A program made the position numbers and the translations under genes. Below the pieces are notes generated by a model. That model saw nothing but the letters and a program-made list of their open reading frames with translations, was not told the DNA's origin and did no database searches. A stretch of DNA of 63,998 nt, the filler included, from Stramenopiles sp. TOSAG23-3 (Eukaryota): NCBI GenBank assembly GCA_900128585.1. It is 17 parts of 17 records of this genome, joined end to end, with 100 filler letters (N's around TTAATTAATTAA, not from the genome) between each part and the next. Parts side by side here need not be neighbours in the genome. Positions count along the whole stretch, not along the records: positions 11,402 to 15,099 come from LT644115.1; positions 15,200 to 18,896 come from LT644116.1; positions 18,997 to 22,688 come from LT644117.1; 14 more parts are not named here. One strand, written 5' to 3'. Numbering within the stretch: position 1 is the stretch's first letter; each line of letters begins with the position of its first letter. Shown one piece after another: positions 11,402 through 22,256 of the stretch.

Positions 11402-14191
11402 GTGGTCTGCTCGTACAAGGCCAGCTTTGAGGCGGCCAAATATTGCAAAGAGAAAGGATTAAGCGCGAACAGCTTGCAGTCGTGCCAAAACAAAGCGTGG
11501 GCGCATCTCACCAAGAACAACAAGACCGACCATGACGTTAAGAAGGAGTGCCACAAAATGCACTTGAACTCGACCGACGTCATCTGGCACTGCATTGCCG
11601 CGCGCACGATCGAGATCAAAGTCTGGTGCCAAGAACCGTTGGACGAGAACAACCAGCGCTGGGAAATCACCGACTACAAGTCGAACTCCGAAGATGACTC
11701 CAAGCCGACCTGGGATTCGAAGCAAGGGAAGCTCTCCGTGGAGCAGTGCAGGGACAAGGTGACCGAGACGACCGCGATTGCCGGGTGGCAGACTGGAGAG
11801 CTGGTGGGGCACCTGCAGGACGCCGGGGAAACGATCACGCAGTGGCTGGGCGATCTGCAGCAAACATTGGACGCCATTCTTGTCACGGGGCTCCTATTTA
11901 CGGTTATCCTAAGTTTGGTCTGGCTGTATTTCATGCGGGTGGCGCCGAAAGCGATCAGCTGGACGTTCATCGTCCTCGCCCTGCTGTCTATTTTCATCCT
12001 CATGCTCTTCTTCTTTGAAAAGGCGGGCCTCTTGGGCATGGAGGCGAAGCTGCTGGGCCTGAAAACGAAGTTGCAGAAGCAGACCTACATCTCTGTGGAC
12101 ATGATGCCAACGGCGGTGCCCGCCATTGCGGCAGAGGACAAGAGCAACCACGAGCTTTACAAGTGGGGGGGCATTGTGACGGCATGCATTTTCGGGATCG
12201 CCACTGTCGTGACGGTCTTGGTCCGGGACAAAATCAGCCTTGCCATCCAGGTGATGGCGGAGGCCAGCAAGGCCATCCGCGACCTTCCGCTGCTGATATT
12301 CTACCCCTTGTTCAACTTCGTTGCCATCATACTCTTGGTCCTGCACTGGATATTCGTTGGGGGCTTGATCATGACGAGCGGGGAGATCATCAACAGCGCG
12401 GGCGAAGACTTGGCGGAGAAGACCAGGCAAGGACTCGGAAAAGTGCCGGCGGGGGAGTACACGCCCAACTTCATCAAAGACGTCAACACGTCCAACTTGA
12501 ACTGGGAACCCTTCAAGGAGGACGACGGAAAGAAGTGGTCGATGGCGTTTCACACCGTGTGCATGATGTGGACGTACGGCACGCTGATCGCGCTCGGGTA
12601 TTACGTGATCGCCCGGGCGGTGAGTCAGTGGTACTTCAAGGAAGGAAAGTACATCGCCGCGGTGCGAAACCGGACCGTCAAGGTTGACGAGAGCAAGCTG
12701 TGCAACCTGGGCTGCTGCAAAGTGAATTGTGAGGAACAGAAGGAGACGCCGGTGGTGGACGCGTTCTTGTCGGCATGGAAGTACCACATGGGCTCCCTGC
12801 TTTTCGGGGGGTTCGTGACCACGCTGTGCAAGCTGCTGATCGTTTTCTTTGGCCTGCTGCACAAATTCTCCGAAAGGATTGAGGGGGTCGGGGCCGGCAA
12901 CAAGTTTCTGGACCTTGTGAAGAAGTGCGTTGCCACGTGCTTGTCCTGGTTCAACAAGTTTGTCAAGTTCATCTCCCGGAACGCGTACATTTACATTGCC
13001 ATGTACAGCGACCAGAGCTTTTGCCAGGCCTCTATGGAGAGCTTTAAGCTGATCAAGGAGAACATTGTTGAAATCTGGGTCGTGGACGCGATCAGCGACT
13101 TCATTATGTTTGTCGGCAAGCTCTTCATCGTGTTCTTCAACGGGTGGATTGCCTTCCTGTGGGTTGCGGGGCACGAGAACAAGCCCTCCTCGATCTTCCT
13201 TCCCGTCTTGATGACCTGTGTGCTCACCTACTTCATCGCCAGCGGGATCATGCAGGTGTACGAAATGACCATCGACACGATCATCTTGTGCTACCTCGAA
13301 GACAAGCTGAAAAACAAAGGGGGGCCGTACAACATGAGCCCGGCGTTGAAGAAGGCCATGCAGGTCGAGACGACCGATCCATTCAACATGAAGCCCAGCG
13401 AAAGCTTTTACTTTTCCAACGACGTGTCTCGAAACGGCCAGGTCAGCCTTGGCATTGGCTGGTCGTGCGAGCAGGTGGAAGTGGAGGGGGCGGCCAACAA
13501 GGTTGACGTTGACATCGACGCGAGCCTTTTGTGCTTCGACAAGGACGGCAACATCAAAGACTGGATCGGTTACTGGCGAGACCAGTCCTCCGGCCAGTTG
13601 AAACGAAAGCACAAGAGTGGCGGGCGCTTGTTTGAGTGGGTCGGCGGGGACAAGCGGGTAAGCCCCCTTAAGCCTGGTGATATTTCCCACAGCGGCGACA
13701 AGACCAAGGGCTCCCTGACCGAGAACGGGGAGAGCATTGACGAAGTGGTCACGGTGGACCTGGCCGCCCTGGACCGGGCGGATATCGATGTCGTGGCCTT
13801 CTGCATGTTTGTCTTCAAGGGCGGGGACTTCCAAACTGTGAACCACGTGTACATGCACGGCCAGGAGCACCAGAGGTTGGGCGCTGGGCTGGGCCAGCAA
13901 GTGTGCCGCTTCAGCTTCTCCCCCGTGGGCGAAGAGAAGAGAAAGAGCGGAATGCTGTTCGCCAAGTTGAGGAGAAACGTTGTCGGAGGGTCAGACGGCG
14001 TGGAACGCAAGGCGTTCTGGGAGCTGGAGGCCACGGGGCAATTTACCACCGGAAGGACCGTCACAACGGAGAACATGATTGACATTACCAAGTACTGCTT
14101 TCCCTCCGAGGAGAAGCGCAAGAGCCTGGGCCTGCTGCAGGGGGTAAAGAATGGTGTCGGGGCCGGCATTGCCGTGATGGCCATGCAGTAA
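11402..14191 (+). CDS. Choline transporter-like (CTL/SLC44) protein with a C-terminal TerD-like domain; 5'-truncated
   Basis: CTL motifs KYHMGSLLFGG, KFISRNAYIYIAMY..SFCQA, IDTIILCYLED; then TerD motifs LGIGW...DIDASLLCFD...HSGD...DEVVTVDL...AKLRR...WELEATG. Confidence 0.88.
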   Translation: MVCSYKASFEAAKYCKEKGLSANSLQSCQNKAWAHLTKNNKTDHDVKKECHKMHLNSTDVIWHCIAARTIEIKVWCQEPLDENNQRWEITDYKSNSEDDSKPTWDSKQGKLSVEQCRDKVTETTAIAGWQTGELVGHLQDAGETITQWLGDLQQTLDAILVTGLLFTVILSLVWLYFMRVAPKAISWTFIVLALLSIFILMLFFFEKAGLLGMEAKLLGLKTKLQKQTYISVDMMPTAVPAIAAEDKSNHELYKWGGIVTACIFGIATVVTVLVRDKISLAIQVMAEASKAIRDLPLLIFYPLFNFVAIILLVLHWIFVGGLIMTSGEIINSAGEDLAEKTRQGLGKVPAGEYTPNFIKDVNTSNLNWEPFKEDDGKKWSMAFHTVCMMWTYGTLIALGYYVIARAVSQWYFKEGKYIAAVRNRTVKVDESKLCNLGCCKVNCEEQKETPVVDAFLSAWKYHMGSLLFGGFVTTLCKLLIVFFGLLHKFSERIEGVGAGNKFLDLVKKCVATCLSWFNKFVKFISRNAYIYIAMYSDQSFCQASMESFKLIKENIVEIWVVDAISDFIMFVGKLFIVFFNGWIAFLWVAGHENKPSSIFLPVLMTCVLTYFIASGIMQVYEMTIDTIILCYLEDKLKNKGGPYNMSPALKKAMQVETTDPFNMKPSESFYFSNDVSRNGQVSLGIGWSCEQVEVEGAANKVDVDIDASLLCFDKDGNIKDWIGYWRDQSSGQLKRKHKSGGRLFEWVGGDKRVSPLKPGDISHSGDKTKGSLTENGESIDEVVTVDLAALDRADIDVVAFCMFVFKGGDFQTVNHVYMHGQEHQRLGAGLGQQVCRFSFSPVGEEKRKSGMLFAKLRRNVVGGSDGVERKAFWELEATGQFTTGRTVTTENMIDITKYCFPSEEKRKSLGLLQGVKNGVGAGIAVMAMQ

Positions 14192-14808
14192 CGATCGGGT
14201 GATGTGCAGATCCTGGTGTTGCTCACTTCGGTGCTGATCACTCATACAAACACCTTTCGGCTGATGTTGGGTTCACTTGCAAACTCTTTCCCAAGGCTGT
14301 TCTTTCCGGAGAAGATTAATCGAAGCAATTTGGCTGGGAAAAATACAACAACTAAATAATGGCTGCTTTCAAATCGAATGTGCTGTATATTTAAAAGAGT
14401 CTAGATGTAACACCTGTTTTTTGTTATATATGAAAATGAAAAGAATTCTTTTCAACAAAAACTAAAAATGTGATATAAATTTTAGTATTTCAGTTCGCAG
14501 TACTATGCATACATAAATTTTAATTATCATACTTCAATAACAACCAATTTTCTTGTGTAAAATCTTAGTACTGTGTACCTGGTCCGTTTACGAGTTAAAT
14601 TTTCTCAGTAAATTATTTTATTACGATACTTAATAACTAAAAATTGGTTTTAAAAAAGTATTTTTTTACGCAATTTAGGGTTTTTGTTACGAAGTAGAAA
14701 TTAAAGTTTTCGTGCGTATGAAGTTACACGTTTGTTTTTAATGGTGGACGGAAGCAACGCATCGACGCTTGAAGCTTATGCATATTTAAAATTTCTGCTT
14801 CTTTTGTT

Positions 14809-15099
14809 TTACGCCTCACTCTTCAACAGGGTCGCAATCGCGCTCAAGCACTTCTCCCCAACCTCCGTCACGTCCTCCTCTGGGTTGATGATTTTCACCC
14901 GCAAGATTTCGTCCAGTCCCTCTCGAAGGAGGCGGACGAGCACAGGGATCCGTCTGTTGGTGAACCGAAAGGCTAGCCAATCGTCCACAGTTATCATCTT
15001 CTCCCGGTGCCACACCCGCAATTGCCCCCCAAACAGCAACATGGGGTAGGCCCCAATCGACGAGCAATCGCGAAGGTACACTTTGCTCGTTTTCACCCG
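14809..15099 (-). CDS. C-terminal fragment of a DEAH/RHA RNA helicase (OB-fold extension, DHX29/36/57-like)
   Basis: KTSKVYLRDCS...YPMLLFGG...VDDWLAF...LREGLDEIL..KI.NP. Confidence 0.85.
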   Translation of the reverse strand, partial: RVKTSKVYLRDCSSIGAYPMLLFGGQLRVWHREKMITVDDWLAFRFTNRRIPVLVRLLREGLDEILRVKIINPEEDVTEVGEKCLSAIATLLKSEA

Positions 15100-15269
15100 N
15101 NNNNNNNNNNNNNNNNNNNNNNNNNNNNNNNNNNNNNNNNNNNTTAATTAATTAANNNNNNNNNNNNNNNNNNNNNNNNNNNNNNNNNNNNNNNNNNNNG
15201 ACTACTAACTACTAAAACAAGAAAAATTGGCCAGTCACCATCATGGGTTTGGAAACTGTCTCATCTTCA

Positions 15270-16419
15270 TCACTGTGAGTCAGTCTCCTCTTGTCTCCTC
15301 TTCTTCGCTTCTTCCTGTTGGTCAGACAATTCTTCCTTGCCTTTTTCTTTTATCTCTTTAGCTATTTGTTTTGCGTTTTTTTTCTTCTTCAGCGCTTTAA
15401 AGAACTGTTTACTTTTGTCGATAGCGCCTCCTTTTTTCTTAAGGTCTGGGCGTTTTTTACCCAACCACTTGAAAAATTTTGTGCCAAGTTTCCCAACCCC
15501 TTTCACACCTTTTGCTATGAGTCCAAGCGGCGTTAAGTTTAAGGCGACCGATGCAATAGCTAAAGCATGCTCTTCTTCTGAAAGTTTTTCTCCAGTTATC
15601 ATATCACGTCCTTCCCTTGCTTCGTATACTTCTCGAGCTAGAGAGACAATGGGCAAATTTCTCGTAACAGAATCATATTCTTCCGAGGCGATATACTTTG
15701 AGAAGTTTCCCCTCCAACCAACCAACATCCTCGAAATCGTATTGGACACTTATGAGAGCCATGTCATTATCTTCATTCTTGTTTCCGGCTTCTATTTTAA
15801 AGAAGTGGTCTTTTGGCCAGTTTGAGAAATCATCCGTGCTCGCAGCTCCGGTGTAAAGTACTGCTTTCAAGGACGACTCGATCACTCGAGAATCAGGGTC
15901 CAAACCTCCATCACATTGTTTAGCCTCGTCTAGCATTCTTTTGTGTAGTTCTTGATTTGTCCCTGTTTTTGCTTCCACACTTTGTTCGGCATTTTTTTTC
16001 AGAGCAGTAATTTGGGCATCCTCAGATGGTTTCTCCTGCTTATTTTGTACTTGAGTGGAACCTCCTTCTTCCTGGGAATCATCAGTGCCCTGGTTTTCAT
16101 TTTCGCAATCTTTGCCTTCACAATCGACCTGGATGAACGAGGTGGAGCTTTGCATATTGTTTGAGCGAAGCAGCCCTCTGGTATCAACAGCCACTTTTTT
16201 GCACGGGCACGAAGAACGTTTCTGAATTACATCTTCATCATTGCCAATATTCATCATATAATTGGGAATAGATAGAGCCCCTGTGTTTGCCAAGCCCCCC
16301 GTATCAGGGAAAAAATTGGCAGCGGATGACGCGGAGGCCCCAACCCTAGAGACAGCATGTGCTATAGAAATCAATTCATGGTTAAAAAGTAGAATCAAGA
16401 TAAAGAAAGCAACGTTCAT
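15270..16419 (-). CDS. Putative secreted protein with PT-TG (pre-toxin TG)-like domain and Lys-rich tail; split by a +1 frame break near 15680
   Basis: Signal-like MNVAFFILILLFNHELISIAHA from ATG 16419; overlapping ORF 15270..15749 contains LPIVSLAREVYEAREGRDMITGEKLSEEEHALA...TPLGLIAKGVKGVGK. Confidence 0.65.
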
Positions 16420-17386
16420 GATTGCTTTGTCGAACGTCAAATGTTGGATAGTGACTACTGTCTTGGAAAAAATGGATTTAGCACTAACTTTCCCATTTGC
16501 ATCGGCAAAGTTGCAAATCACATTCTCATTTAATCACATATTTACAATTGAAGACACCATTCTTCCATGAAAACAAAGAGACGTGTCTACTTACAAGTAA
16601 ACGACTAATAAAATATAATTCCAATGTAATAATAATATAAGAAAAGGTATTAAAAAAAGTAGTACAATATATAGAAGAACCCACCCTATACTAAAAACAA
16701 GAAAATTGGCTGTTATTTCAGTAATTAAATTTAGCTTCCTCATAGTAGAATATAATATTTTTAAAATATATATGATGCAACAGCAACAAAAATCAACACA
16801 AACAAACAACTATTGTCACATATGTAGACTAGACTCGTAGGGACTCTCCCCCCCCCTTTTTTTTTATGAAGTACGAGTAGAACACTTCAATACTTTTTTT
16901 TTGGTATAATATTCTCCCCCACTATAATGCTGTAATTGTGTTTTCTTTTTAGAATTGGATTATTCGGATTTTAGTTTTTTTTTTTTTGGATCTTTTTTTC
17001 TTCTTTTTTCTTTTTTATGAACTTTTTTTTAATTAAAAAACTAGTTTGAAGAAGGATGATGATTCTGAAAATGATTGTAAATTGGATGATATTATTATCG
17101 AATCACATACATACTACATACATCATACGGAGGATAGGCCTTATTATACTTCTTCGTCAAATTACATACAGAAAGTGCCAAGAATCCTTCTTTAATAGAA
17201 CCACCCCTTTTACTTTCTATTATCTGTACCGCGAAAAGTTTCGTTAGAACCAGAATGTAAATTGTGCAATATTCGCGTAGCTTTTAACATATGCCAGTAA
17301 AACGTTCCCACATAAAAAATTAATCACAAAAAGCCGGTACGTATCCATCGAGTCACTCTGCCTGCGTCCTCAATAATAGCTCGAAG

Positions 17387-18359
17387 ATGCGCGCCTACCT
17401 CGCCCTGGTCTCGAGGGCTGTGAGGTCACCGAGGCCGCCGCCGCGCGCTCCCGTCGCTGAATGGAGGGCGGGATTTCGACGTCGATCGCTCTGCGCTGCC
17501 GCGGGCGACGCAGGTGTTGATGGGCAGGACGTGAAGGCGCTCCAGGAACTCGTGGAGGAGAGAATAATACAACTGTATGTGGACCATGACAGACTCGGTT
17601 GGGCGGGCATTCCTGCACCCAATGAATGCAGGGAGGCGCTGGAGCAGTTCGCCGGGGACATGGAGGCGGCGAGCGAGTGGCTGGGTGAGAAGGCGCGCAA
17701 GCGCGCCATAAGCGAGCATGATAAAGAGAGAAAGAAAAGGGCGAAACTGTATTGGGAACAGCCAGAGAAAAAAAAGGGCAGAAAGGAGGAAAAGAATGGC
17801 AGCGCAGTTGAATGAAAAGCTAAAGCATACAAGGAACGAACTCTTCAAGTTGCATGAGCCGCCGCGGTGCGGGCTGCAGAAGCAGCTTGTGGGGAATTGG
17901 TATTCAGACCGTAAATACAATCCCTATTCACGCGACTATCCACGACAATGGTTGAAGTTTAAAGTGAGTACGGGTGGCATTGGATCCCTCGCGGCCGTCA
18001 ATGTTGTTTTCCCTGGGAATGACCAAGAATATTTTAGGACGCGCGGATTACCTCACGTGGGTGGACGGGTGCCTTTGGAAGACCAAACTTTCGCTCTACC
18101 CCCCTCCGGGTGGGACCCTACAGTACATACACGGGTAGTCACAGGGTCACTCAAACAAGCAGCGACGGACCGGATCGAAGTGACGTTTTACGGCGACCAC
18201 CCATATTTGGACTCGCACAGCACGTTCCATAAGGCTTCTGCGACCGAGTGCGAGGAGGAGAGAGAGAGGAGAGAGAGGATCTTAATCTGCGAACTAGACG
18301 ACCTAGAGAGAGAGGAGAGAGATGACGTAGACCCCAGACCCATAGACCCAGATCCCTAA
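17387..18359 (+). CDS. UBA-like domain protein with a C-terminal beta-sandwich-like region; frameshift in the A8 run at ~17768-17775
   Basis: ECREALEQFAGDMEAASEWL is UBA-like; ORFs 17387..17815 and 17718..18359 join by removing one A; Arg/Ala-rich N-terminus resembles a transit peptide. Confidence 0.6.
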
Positions 18360-18751
18360 TTGTGAAATGTATTTAAAATGAGAGTCTTAAAACATACTAT
18401 ATATTTTATTTTTTTTTTATGTTCAAAATATGCAAAGTCTCAGAGAATGCATACGACTGGCTTGAACTTTCACAAGAAGCAGCGTAAATTGTAAATGTTA
18501 AAAGATATTAGATAATGAATTTATTATATAAGAAGGCTTAGAGTATCGTGTAAAGATTTAATTTATTATTTAAAAAAAAAAATAGAAGAAAAAGGGGATC
18601 AAATATCATATGTTACACTAACAAATTCTTAAATTTAAACATATTATACCATGTCCATTAATCGGTCATAGCCTTTTCTTCTTCTTTCCCGTTTCAATCC
18701 CTAACATTTCGGACATGGAGACTTCCATCTCACTCATTGCCTCGCCCATGG

Positions 18752-18895
18752 GGTCCGTATTTGATGGTTTTTGACGGGAAACACCTTTCCGAGGGCCCTG
18801 TGTGCACGATTGACGTGAAAGCGCAGCTACCCTACGGGTTTCACGGGAGCTGGTGCATCGACGGCGCGTCCTCGTCGCCCGCTGCCAAACTGTAA
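18752..18895 (+). CDS. Orphan C-terminal fragment of a carotenoid cleavage dioxygenase (RPE65 family), ending in PTS1-like AKL
   Basis: My translation (not in the ORF track): GPYLMVFDGKHLSEGPVCTIDVKAQLPYGFHGSWCIDGASSSPAAKL*; PYGFHG.W is the family's last iron-ligand His motif. Confidence 0.8.
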   Translation, partial: GPYLMVFDGKHLSEGPVCTIDVKAQLPYGFHGSWCIDGASSSPAAKL

Positions 18896-20181
18896 ANNNN
18901 NNNNNNNNNNNNNNNNNNNNNNNNNNNNNNNNNNNNNNNNTTAATTAATTAANNNNNNNNNNNNNNNNNNNNNNNNNNNNNNNNNNNNNNNNNNNNGCAA
19001 GATTTTCTATTCTCTTTACTCTCGGGGACAAAAAACTTGTGAACGTTCACAGTTGATACTCCCTGGGTCACACGGTCTGCAGATTTGCCAATGTCATACG
19101 CTAGAAAGTACTGCCCGTGCGTGCGGCGCTCTTCCCAAAATGACATGCACTACGAGGCGGCCGAGGACATCTTCACTGTGCTGTGGTGTTTCCTTAATAG
19201 GGTGGTTTCAAAAAAGTAATCAACTCCCGTTGAGTCTGTGGGTTCTGCTTCTGGCCCACGCTACTAAAAACGTAAGAATTCTTGTCCTAATTCTACGCAC
19301 GGGATGAAGCCAACTCTTGACCGTCAATTTTACACCTCGGGCGGTGGAGGAGGGGGCAACGCACCCATTGAAAGGCGCGGTGGTGGAGGTGGCGGCCTGG
19401 AACGAGCGATTGAAGCGGTACAAGTATGGCCAAATGCCCAGCTGAAACATGTGTGTCCGAGGCTCCAACGCCCAAGAGTCCACAACAAGATATTATTATT
19501 CGAAGCGAGAAACGAGAAGTAACACAGAACAGCATTACACCAGTAGTTGTTCACTCAGGTCTTCCTTCACCCGTCGATTAGTTCCTGGAAATAGCCCTGT
19601 GTGGAACACGAACGATAGAATTAGATCGTCATTGCCAACCCTATTTATAACATTTACAATGGGATGAAAATTCGATTCACTCCAAAGCTTGATTTTTGAG
19701 ACATTTTTCATATAGATGCTATGAACCTTTTATATAATAAACATCCTATCATTAATTTTCATATTGTACCCATAATCATACTTTATATACTAATACAACT
19801 ACGTTAATAATACGTCGTAGAAGTACATACTTTGTATCATAACCGTGTCCGAACAATTACCACCATCCATCATCATCATCAAATATATAATAAATACTCT
19901 AAGATTACTAACTCACGACTACTATTGGAATGAACAACAACAGGCAGCAATTAAAAAAAACAAGCAAGAGAGAAGAAGAAGAATGGCACTGGTGTTTTGT
20001 GTATACAATACAGATCGAAATCGTTTGGTTCAATAATGAATGACCAGGGGAATAATTTTGTATTATGTAGAAGATTGCTTGCCCATTTCTAAGTATCCAG
20101 AAAAAGAGTATTGCCACGAAAAAACAAATCAGAACAGTGCACAGTGTTTGTTTGCGTACCGTCGGTTAGTTTCTTCGCAGC

Positions 20182-20430
20182 ATGTCTACCAAGCGAAAGG
20201 CGTCCGCTGTCGGAGGCGTTAGCGAGCGAGAATGGTTTACAAATATACACCGGGATTCGTATGCCTCTCATATTGGGCACAAAGATATGCTCTCTTATTT
20301 TGCAGTTGCGCAAAACAAACACGTTGAACGTGTTCGTTTTGATATGTTAGAGAAAATGCTACAGCCCTGTGCCCCCCCCCCCGCCATCTCCAGAGAAACA
20401 GTAGCAGTAGTTAGTGAACGTAGCCACTGA
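20182..20430 (+). CDS. SF3B5: Splicing factor 3B subunit 5 (SF3b10), divergent N-terminus
   Basis: EWFTNIHRDSYASHIGH..MLSYFAVAQN....RVRFDMLEKMLQPCAPPP. Confidence 0.9.
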   Translation: MSTKRKASAVGGVSEREWFTNIHRDSYASHIGHKDMLSYFAVAQNKHVERVRFDMLEKMLQPCAPPPAISRETVAVVSERSH

Positions 20431-20595
20431 AGATTCGTGTGTACTTAACGAGTTTTGTTGTACATCTGTGTCGTACATGAAAGTACATGAACTGGCAATT
20501 GTAAAATGTATTGATTACCGTAGAATAGGTATTTAGGATATTTTTAAGACAGCCAGCCAATTAATTCTAGACTTCAACCAACAGTCGATCGTCAA

Positions 20596-22167
20596 TCATA
20601 TATCTGGTTTCCACAACCTCCACTTGTTATCGTGGCATCCTGTTATCAGAAAATTTCCATCTTGGCCCCACGCTGCATCGAAGACATGGTCTTCATGCCC
20701 TTCTAGCGTATCTGTGCAATCAAACGTGTACATGTCCCACACTTTGGCCGTGCCATCCCCTGATGTTGTTGCTAGCGCGCGACCGTAAGGCGAAAACGAA
20801 ACACGCTTGCATTCACCCTGATGGTCTGCTAATATAGCAGTGGACCGCCACATTCGACAATCCCACACGCGGCATGTGCCATCATCACTGCCGGTCGCCA
20901 GAGCAATCCCATTTGGTGCAAAGTCGACGCCAATAATATCATCACGGTGGCCTTCCAGTTTTCGAACGGGCGTGCGAGTGCTCTCTCTAGGATCCCATAT
21001 AAGTGTCATCCAGTCAAATGCCACAGATGCCAAAAGGCCTCCATTGGTGTGCCCAGCAGGTTGGTAGCACAAGCCGTACACACTATTCCTGTGACCTTCC
21101 AATTTAGCTACAGCTTGGTATGTTTCTATGTCCCATATCATGATTGTTCTGTCGTCCGAGGCCGTGGCCAACGAATTTTGATGAAATGCCATTCCATTAA
21201 CCTCGTCTTCATGGCCGCTTAACTTGGCTATCTGCTTGCCCGTGTCCAAGCGCCACAGCCTGCACGTATTGTCACTTGAGACGGTCCCGACTAGATTTTG
21301 GTGTTCTTTCGAAAATTTTGCTGCATAAAGGCCTTTCTTGTGGTGCCCTTGCAACTTGGTAAGGACAGTGTCCCGTTCGATGTCGTATATGATACACGAT
21401 TTGTCCCATGAGGCCGAGGCAACAAGTGGCTTTGTAGGGTGAACGTCCACGCCATGAACAGGGTCGTTGTGCAGCTCGTAAGTTTTCCATAATTCGAACC
21501 GCGAAAGAAGCTTATTTTCCACTTCGCTTGGAATCGATTGGTCGTAGAGCGCAGAGCTCTCGACTTGACGTGAGGCATCCTCGTCCTCCGCGTCGTCATC
21601 AAACTTACTTCCAGCGCCTGATCTGTCATTGCGCTTTCGCCCCTCTCCTCCGTCAGCCCGCGGTTCATCGTCATGGCGAGAACTTTGACGCCCGTGTCCA
21701 TCCCTTTCGTTCCCATAGTATCCTTCCTCATCACTTGCCACCTCGATGTCGTCCTGGCGCTTTCGCATCGTTGCCTGCTTCTTCTGGGTATCTATCTCAA
21801 TTAGGGCGGCTTCCAACTGCTTTTTCAATTCTTCATTCTCATGCTCTAGCTTTTTTACCCGTGCATTTAGTTTTGCACGGATCATGATGCTTTCATCCCA
21901 CCCACTTTGTAAATTCCTTAACATTTTTTGCACACTATCGCCCTCGCCATCTTTTTTAGTAAAATTGACCTTTCCACTCTTCTCGTCCGGCTCATCCTTT
22001 CCGTCGTAGACCTTGACCAACAACTTCGGCTGTATGTGGCGCCGGCACACTGGGCACGTTGACTCCTGCTTCATCCATTCCAATATATGAGTATTGCAGA
22101 ATATATGCCCACAGGGTGTCACCGTGGGTACATCGGCGTGCTCTTCAAAACATATCCGGCATTTCAT
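20596..22167 (-). CDS. RING finger, coiled-coil and WD40-repeat protein (putative E3 ubiquitin ligase)
   Basis: C3HC4-like CRIC...PCGHIFCNTH...CPVC (one Cys replaced by His), heptad region, seven GH...WD repeats. Confidence 0.92.
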   Translation of the reverse strand: MKCRICFEEHADVPTVTPCGHIFCNTHILEWMKQESTCPVCRRHIQPKLLVKVYDGKDEPDEKSGKVNFTKKDGEGDSVQKMLRNLQSGWDESIMIRAKLNARVKKLEHENEELKKQLEAALIEIDTQKKQATMRKRQDDIEVASDEEGYYGNERDGHGRQSSRHDDEPRADGGEGRKRNDRSGAGSKFDDDAEDEDASRQVESSALYDQSIPSEVENKLLSRFELWKTYELHNDPVHGVDVHPTKPLVASASWDKSCIIYDIERDTVLTKLQGHHKKGLYAAKFSKEHQNLVGTVSSDNTCRLWRLDTGKQIAKLSGHEDEVNGMAFHQNSLATASDDRTIMIWDIETYQAVAKLEGHRNSVYGLCYQPAGHTNGGLLASVAFDWMTLIWDPRESTRTPVRKLEGHRDDIIGVDFAPNGIALATGSDDGTCRVWDCRMWRSTAILADHQGECKRVSFSPYGRALATTSGDGTAKVWDMYTFDCTDTLEGHEDHVFDAAWGQDGNFLITGCHDNKWRLWKPDI

Positions 22168-22200
22168 AGTGCGTCAAAGTTTCCGCCACTCACTCCTTTA

Positions 22201-22256
22201 CTACCAACCAATAGAAAACAGGGAAGCGTGTTAGACTAGTATTATCACCGACTTAC
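22201..22256 (-). other. Probable 5'-UTR intron (56 nt) of the RING-WD40 gene
   Basis: AAAG|GTAAGT donor, CTAAC branch point, pyrimidine tract, TAG acceptor 33 nt upstream of the ATG. Confidence 0.7.

Noticed and set aside
7752..13900. Long antisense and alternate-frame ORFs (464, 408 and 663 aa; also 24097..25293)
   Set aside because: Shadows of GC-rich, codon-biased genes on the opposite strand; no recognisable motifs.
18997..19710. Coding-like GC-rich stretch with Gly/Pro runs
   Set aside because: All frames are interrupted by stops and I recognise no family; possibly a decayed gene, but no call can be supported.
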